Below are positions 56,586 through 64,000 of a DNA stretch of 64,000 nt, in pieces. The notes below the pieces were generated by a model. It searched no databases. It saw only the letters and a program-made list of their open reading frames with translations, and had not been told where the DNA came from. This DNA comes from Eledone cirrhosa (lineage: Eukaryota): the NCBI GenBank assembly GCA_964016885.1, contig OZ024745.1:21762001-21826000 (forward strand), in the 5' to 3' direction. How positions within the stretch are numbered: position 1 is the first letter of the stretch; each line of letters opens with the position of its first letter. The position numbers and the translations under genes are program-made.

Positions 56586-56657
<72 letters not shown>
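56585..56657. repeat. (CAT)n microsatellite
   Basis: Read directly. Confidence 0.97.
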
Positions 56658-56790
56658 TGTTTGAACTGACCAATGTCAGGAATAGGAGCCAATGATAAGC
56701 TTTGGAAAAGTTGCAAACATGCACAAACAAAGACACACACAAGCAACGCTGCCCCACACATATATATGTAGTATATTAATATGTATGTGT

Positions 56791-56840
<50 letters not shown>

Positions 56841-57200
56841 AAAACATGAGAAGAATGAATACTGCGTGCTCACATGGGTTACATATGACAAAAATAGTCC
56901 TTCATCAGTGATTTTCCAACCTTCATTGGTATTTCATCGCTTTAAAAATCATATACCTCCAGTTGGTGCGAGCAATAGCTAAATAAAGCTATTGGGACAA
57001 GTAAATCGCGTAAAGCGAGCGAGACAAGTAAACAAACATAGAAGGATAGCAACGCAAAGAATATATATATCATAGATTGTGTTAGAACCTCAAAATAGTC
57101 TTTTACAATTAAATAGCCCAAAGAAGGGAATCTTTCCGAGTCGTGTAATATAATTGGATATACGAGAGGGATGAACACAGATATAAGAATACATATACCC

Positions 57201-57246
<46 letters not shown>

Positions 57247-57252
<6 letters not shown>

Positions 57253-57400
57253 TCACCTTAGCGGATCTTCAGCTCGGACTCCGAGGTGAAACAATTGTTC
57301 TCGGTATGGTGAACTAACTGTTGTGTTACCACTTCTACCAAACTCGTCAAATGGACTGAGTGCTCTACCACTACGGATATTACCTTCCAGTGTTCTACCC
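57247..57400 (+). mobile_element. Tiny fold-back HHR element
   Basis: The minus arm gives CCGAG-CTGAAGA-tccgctaaggt-GAAACAAT and the plus arm gives aggt-GAAAC AATT GTT^-CTCGG. Confidence 0.68.
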
Positions 57401-57418
57401 CTCTCCCCCCTCTCTCTC

Positions 57419-57472
<54 letters not shown>

Positions 57473-57821
57473 GTAAGAGGTCATCCTTGTAAACATCTCA
57501 CAAAACCCGAAATGCACACACACACACACACAAACGTACCCCCCCCCCATAAACACACACTGACAACCTTATTTTGCTCTCCTTCCTCCTTCAATTTAAA
57601 GAGACAACGTTTCCGTATCATGGCTTCTCAAGTTAACCAAGACAGACATCGTCACCCTGGCTCAAACAGGACCTCAACAGCTTCGAATACCCAAGTATTG
57701 AGACTGCTCCCTCCTCTATATCAAGGCTTGGATGATAGAATCAACAACAATGGTAGTGTTTCATCGTCGTACATACACAGGATACTCTAATTGTAGCAAC
57801 GGAATGTCCCATGCCTGTATG

Positions 57822-58035
57822 TACGAGGGTCGATTGTAAAGTTCAGAGGCTGAAAGGTTCATAAGATGACCAAGATACTCTCATGGAATGATCAAATAAG
57901 GTTTATCTTTCAACATAATCACTGGAAAGAAACAATGCAGTTATTAATAAAAATATTTGAAATTAATGAATGCAAGATTTCAAAGCTCTAGCATCACTCC
58001 TAGTCAGCCTATGAACTTTTCATTTGACAATCATA
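57822..58035. mobile_element. Mariner-type MITE of the same family, opposite orientation
   Basis: TACGAGGGTCGATTGTAAAGTTC..GTCAGCCTATGAACTTTTCA. The interior is the reverse complement of the 5776 copy. Confidence 0.7.
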
Positions 58036-58044
58036 TCTCCATGA

Positions 58045-58268
58045 ATATTGGTTTCTTATATAGGCACAAGGCCAGCAATTTTTTTTTTTGGGGGGGGGGG
58101 GGGGGGTCGATTAAATCGACCCCAGTGTGTGACTAGTACTTTATTTTATCGACCCCGTAAGGATGAAAGGCAAAGTTAACCTCGGTGGGATTTGAACTCA
58201 GATCATAAAGGGCCGTAACTCTATGTTGCAAAGCATGACGCCCGACCCCCTACCGATACTGCCAATCT
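58045..58268 (-). mobile_element. SINE family A (further diverged or partial copies near 13790, 19495, 25000, 29980, 38355 and 50085)
   Basis: Full head and core. Confidence 0.85.
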
Positions 58269-59042
58269 ATTGTGTTTGATCTGCTGCAGAGAGTAGGGAA
58301 TGTAAATCAGTAAAACAAAAGGAAAAGAAATATTTGAGAAAAACCACAAGTTCCTCTATTACTACAATGTCTGAAATTGTTCCAGAAACCTTAGAGCTGT
58401 CAAGGCTATGGTCGTAATATTTCTTGATTTCCATGAATCCTAAAGGCAGATTTAGTCGTGCAATTCCAAAGAGATCTTGGTCAATAGCAGCTTCTCCCCA
58501 CTACCACCACAACCAACTTACCATATTCCGGGCGATACGTTTTGTGTGTATACACTTTATCCAGAGCGCACCCCTCAAGCATTTTTTACTTACACTTTAT
58601 CTTATATATATACACACACACATATATATATACCTATATATATGTGTGTGTGTCCGTGTGTGTGTGTTTGCGTGTGTGTATGTGTGAGTATGTGTGCGTG
58701 TGCATGTGTGCGTGTGTGTGAGTGTGTGTGCGTGTGCGCGTGTGTGTATGTGTGTGTATGTATGAATATATCTTCTACGTTTATCATTATTGAGAATCTA
58801 CTCTCTACTAAAATGTTCCAAACGGCTTCCGTTTGATATAGTCTCTGACAACGGAAGCAACAGCTCCCGGCCTTCACGTCTTGGATATGTTCTGAACTGA
58901 CAAGGAGAGGAGCAAATCTGAGTTACTGGCGCCCTTAAACCAATTAAACCATCGAATATTCAGATGAAACACCGACAGTGTTAAGCTCGCAGTCACCTCT
59001 TCTCACCACCTCATTGTAAATGTCGTCAGTTTTGAAAACACG

Positions 59043-60793
59043 ATGTTGGACGTTGATTGTAACATCAACACTAAGACAAACACCAATAACATGCAAAATA
59101 TAAACAACACCAACCAGAACAACAACAACAACAACAATAATGACAACAACAACAACAACAGCAACAATGATAACAACATCACCACCATCAACAACAACAA
59201 CAATGATAACAACAACACCACCAACAACAACAGCAACACGAACAACTCCACGAACAAGGAAAAGATTTCTTTTGCTCAAACCGTCCAAAAGACGGAACTG
59301 TTCACATACTTTGACATTTCCAATGCTAGGGAAATGTTAAGCGATGCAAAACAGTACGTAACTTTTGGTGAGAGTGGTGCTTTCAGCATCACTTCTCCTC
59401 AACAGTTACGCAGAGAAACTGTTCTAAAAACAGTAATTTTTAGGACGGTCTCAAATGTGTCGAAAAAACCAGTTCAGTTATCCCAAAACGATATTGAACT
59501 GGTTCTGAAGAATTCCATGAAGAATATTGCCTTCATCCAAAAAGGGAAACTTTTTGGAAGCATTTCGGTGTTGTTGAAAGACCAATTGACAGCACAAAAA
59601 TATTCTGTATCGCGCATTGTGTCCTCCCTTTACACCTCTTTCCCCACATATATGGGAAAAAGAACTCAAAAAATAAAAAATTTGAACATTGCACCAAATG
59701 TAAACGTCTGGTGGATTCTAACTGGCTTCATCGATTTCGACGAAGACACCATTATTTCGGTGGGAAAGTCCTCCAGAGGCACATTCAATGGTACAAGCAT
59801 GGAAGTTCTGGTCCAAATGAGGCGAGAACGGATAGCTAAAATACCCCAGCGTGTGCCTCTGGAGGAATTTCACACATAAACATTTCTGTTGAGGGTAGGC
59901 GGCCTTCATGTTACCACTGTTTAAGCAGTGGTCACCTGAAGGCTTACTGTCCTCAGTTAACTAAAGAAAAAGAGGCACTACTGCCAACACCCAAAACAAC
60001 AACACAACCACCACCACCACCACCACAACAACAACAACAACAACACGCAAACACAACCAAAACAAGAACAACAAACCAGCCTGCAAGCACAGTCCCACCC
60101 AACCCCACTCCACCTAAAACCACTGCAAAAACACCCACAAACACAACAGCTCCCCGAAACATACCCCTTCCAAATAACACAGACACCACAACGGACGACG
60201 CCCCCACATCATCACCAAGTGATGATGAGGGAGAGCCTCTCCGTTCGAAAAGAAAGAAGAAAAGACACAACAAGAACAAAAAAACAACAAACATCACTAC
60301 AAACATACCACCACCAACACATACACCACAAACATTACAACCCCCCCCCCCGTCCCGAAAACAAAACCACGACATCACTCCAAACACAAACACCTACAAC
60401 AAAACGAAAGCTCCTACAAGAGCAACAGACAAAAACCACCGCAACACAACAAGAACATTACACATATATAAACAGTAAAAACAAAACATTAATGGAGGTC
60501 ATCTCCAATGACCCTGTGTTCGAACTGTGTAGACAAACCTAATTTAAAGATGATTAGGGTCCCTACGGACACCTATAAGTTTTTAAAGGAAAACTTTCCT
60601 AAGGACGTGGGTAATTCTTGTGTTAAACCCATTAACCGCGTCCTTTTAAAAAGTTTCTCCACTCACCCCAGACACCCCCACCCCACCAAACATCTCCGTC
60701 CCCACCCCGCCGGAAACCACCACCCACTCAGACAACTCCTCTAACACCCCCATGGAAACCGTGCAGCGTGATCCCCGGGAGACGAAAAGGTGA
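59043..60793 (+). pseudogene. Tx1 ORF1 (gag-like) with frameshifts
   Basis: Asn-rich N-terminus. After a frameshift near 59872 it reads VEGRRPSCYHCLSSGHLKAYCPQ (CX2CX4HX4C), then a Thr/Pro-rich tail. Likely end ..METVQRDPRETKR* at 60793. Confidence 0.8.
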
Positions 60794-60827
60794 GTGTTTT
60801 CTTCTCTTTTAACTTTTCAGAACCAAC

Positions 60828-63800
60828 ATGGCCAATATAAGAGTTGGGCGTGTGAATGTACGCGGCCTGGGGATGCCCTGGATACAGGGCAAACTCTTAA
60901 ACGACCTCAGGTCACACAGTATGGATGTAGTAGCCATTTGCGTGTCCAGGATCGACAGCGAGCGACAGCTGACCCCCATCTTCGATGACTTTGAGATCTA
61001 CGCATCTCTCTGTCAGCCGGGGGGTGCGGGCGGGCTTGCTGTTTTGCTGCGGAAACACATGGGCCTCGTAACACAAACGGTACATCTGGACCCGGAGGGT
61101 CGACTGGTGGTCCTAGACGTTGACGGTAGTGAAGGTGGAGCCTTCAGGCTGGTGGCCGCATATGCCCCAGCCGGGACACCGCGGCCAGACTTCTTCAAAC
61201 GTCTAGAGACTTTTCTGGGAACGTCCCGCTCCTTGCTTTTAGTGGGGGACTGGAATGGAATCCTAGATGCACGTTGGGACTATGTGGGAGCATGTCCCGA
61301 TAAAGGGGTGTGTAACATCCTCAAACAGTTAATCGGCCGATTTGACCTGGCCGATAGATATCGACTAGATTTTCCGACTGTGCCACTGTGGACGTGGAGT
61401 AATCGTAGCGGAACTTCTAGATCGTACCTAGATAGGGTTCTAGTTAGAAATAAGGATAGGGACATGTTAAGCTGTCCACAAATCTTCATGGTTGCCTATT
61501 CAGATCACAAACTAGTGACCTGCATGGTCAACATTGATAGAACCCATAGATAAGGACCCGGCTACTGGAAGCTGAACTTGTCGTTACCGACATGCAAATC
61601 CTACAGTAGACGGATTAGCACTTTAGTTAAACAGCACTTGACAGGGGTCATTGTCAACAACAGATGGTGGTACTCTCTCAAGAGGGCAGTTAGATTAGAC
61701 TCGTTAGTTTTTAGTAAAGAATTAGCGTTAGATAGAAATAGAACCGAGAAAGAACTGGTAGATAAAGTAGAAGAGGCAATTAGAAGTGGAAACGTAGCCA
61801 GCGTGTTAGCAACGAGAACGGCCTTGGACCAGTTCTTCGACGCAAAGCATGAGGGCTGCGTTGTCAGAAGAAAAAACGTGCTCTGGGAAACGAGGGAGCC
61901 AAAGCTGTTAGCTGGGCCCGAGTGACGGAGGAAAAAAGTGGCAACAAGTCCACGATTCGGTCTTTGAAGGACCAAAACGGACGAGTGATACGTGAGCCGA
62001 AGCAGATGTGTGCGGCCTTTCAGCGGCACTTTTCTCGGCTGTTCGGCAGGGCGGCGCGCCGGGAGGGGCTATGGATTTCGGTCCATACCTCGACGGCCTA
62101 CCGCGACTCTCAGACAGCGAAGCAAAGTTCTGCGAAAAGCCGATTTCATCCGCCGAGAAAGAGGACGCGTTGAGCCAATACGGCAAACGCAAATCTCCAG
62201 GTCTCGACGGTCTACCCTACGAATATTACGTAGCAATGCCGGACTTACTCTCCTGTCTCCTGGAAGCCGTCTACTGCAACTGGCAACAGAACGGGAGAAT
62301 TCCCAGTTCTGTGACCGGGGGCGTAGTCACACTAGTCAGGAAGGACGAGAATAAGGGGGATGACATAGGCAACTTCCGGCCCATAACTCTGCTAAACACA
62401 GAGTTACAGATTTTGGCCAAGGTGTTGGCAAAGAGGCTGGCGCTTGTCGTCGAAAACCTGGTGGGAGAAGCGCAGACATGCGCAATCCCGACCAGGTCCA
62501 TACACGACAACCTCCACCTCATGCGATACATCATAGAGAGGGTAGGGTGTAAACCCGGCTTCGGTGGGGCTCTGATCAACTTGGATCAGTCTAAGGCTTT
62601 CGATAGGGTTGACCATCGTTACCTGGATGCGGTGCTCGAGGCGGCAGGCTTCGGACCCGTGTTCAGGGGCTGGATTGCTGCAATGCACAGCAGCAACATC
62701 TGCTCAAGGGTCAAGGTAAACGGCTTCCTCTCGGAGCCGTTCCATATCACGGGATCCATTCGACAGGGATGCCCCCTCTCCTCCCTTCTGTACGTATTGA
62801 CTCTCGAGCCACTACTGCGGAAGTTGGAGCTATTGCAGGGCATGCCTCTGGAACTGGGACGGCGGAAAGCGGCGTCGGCTTACGCCGACAGTAGTGGTGT
62901 CGTGCGCCCCGCAAATCGAGAAAGTCGGCACCTTACTGAAGGAATACGAAAGGCTCACAGGAGCGAAGCTGAACCGGGACAAGTCCATCGGTTTGCAACT
63001 CGGATCGTGGAGAGACAGACCGATGCCTTCCGATGGCGTCGTCGGACGCTGGACGGAAGGACCAGTAAAGATGCTCGGGGTCTGGTTTGGTCCGGACCTC
63101 CAGGTGGAGAAGAACTGGAACGAGCTGTCGGCCAAGGTGTTTGCACTCACCCAGAAGTGGGCCGAGTGCAAACTATCCTTGAAAGGTCGAGCGGAGGTGG
63201 CGAACACTTTTATAGCGTCCGCCATCTACTACCGCTTGACTGTCGTGCCTTGTCCAGCCAAAACTCTCGCCAAAATGGCGGGCGCGCTCTTCCAATTCCT
63301 TTGGAAGAGGCGGGCTCCTTTGTTGAGAAGATCCATCTGCTGCCAACGCCCTTCGAACGGAGGGCTGGGAAAGCCGTTGCTGACGATGCCCAAACACGCG
63401 CTCAGGCTGCGGCATCTCTAGGTATTCCTCACCGGACAACCGGTGTGGGCCCCGTTCGTGAGGTGAGCCTTCCTACAACTCGTCTCGCTGACCGAGCTAT
63501 AGTCCTGGGTCAAGCAAAGATCGAGGAAAATGAGCGACTGGCACATCGAATGTGCTCAGGCGCTCACAGCCCTCTGGCAGGCGGACTCGGCGATCAGTGG
63601 AGGCTCCACTTCGTTATTCTATAGAGGGTTGATCCGCAGCAAGTGCGACGACGTGCTCGGTGAAGCTCTGGGCATAGAGGAAGACGAACTCGCCAGTCTG
63701 TTCGGTAGGACCTTCCGCCCGGGACCGATGGACAACTTCCAAAAGTCCCTGGCCTGGCAGTGTTACCGTGGAGCTCTACCAGTTCGAGACAAGCTCTACA

Positions 63801-64000
63801 GACATGGGCGCCCGGGCAGGGACCCTGCAAAAAAGATCTGACCGAGGTGCGTGCGAGACGAAGAAACCGTCGCGCACGCATTCATACACTGCCCGGGCGT
63901 CACTGACCTGTGGGGATATGTAGAACGACTATTGTCGCGGGTGAGACCAATCCAGTTGACCATCGAGTCCATTGTCATGATCAAACCGCCACCCTCCTTC
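60828..64000 (+). pseudogene. Tx1 ORF2 (APE-RT) with stops and frameshifts
   Basis: Starts MANIRVGRVNVRGL. TAA at 61551 where the other copy has CAG, frameshifts near 61875, 62050 and 62890, and further stops after 63419. Confidence 0.92.

Larger units (their letters stand above)
58830..64000 (+). mobile_element. Near full-length, decayed Tx1/L1-clade LINE (ORF1 plus ORF2), running off the window end
   Basis: ORF2 is colinear with the copy at 19934 and is preceded by an ORF1 with a zinc knuckle. The 5' boundary is approximate. Confidence 0.92.

Overview
AT-rich animal genomic DNA dominated by (TA)n, (CA)n, (TATG)n and (TATC)n microsatellites. The SINE repertoire suggests an octopod cephalopod (inference). 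I recognise no host gene, and almost all listed ORFs are microsatellite translation artefacts. The real content is retroelements. There are two long Tx1/L1-clade LINEs (one with an open ORF2, one with ORF1 plus a decayed ORF2) and three more Tx1 fragments. There are also a head-to-head Penelope-like (GIY-YIG) element carrying a nested Helitron, RTE and R4-type relics, an RTE-derived non-autonomous family, mariner MITEs and many tRNA-derived SINEs. The most striking signal is at least ten unrelated short elements inserted in (TA)n tracts that each carry a minimal hammerhead ribozyme (HHR), usually as asymmetric fold-back palindromes or partial tandems. One family has all three hammerhead strands, with covariation, in an order (C-B-A) that is not a circular permutation of types I-III. 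All structures were read by eye; none was folded or searched computationally.
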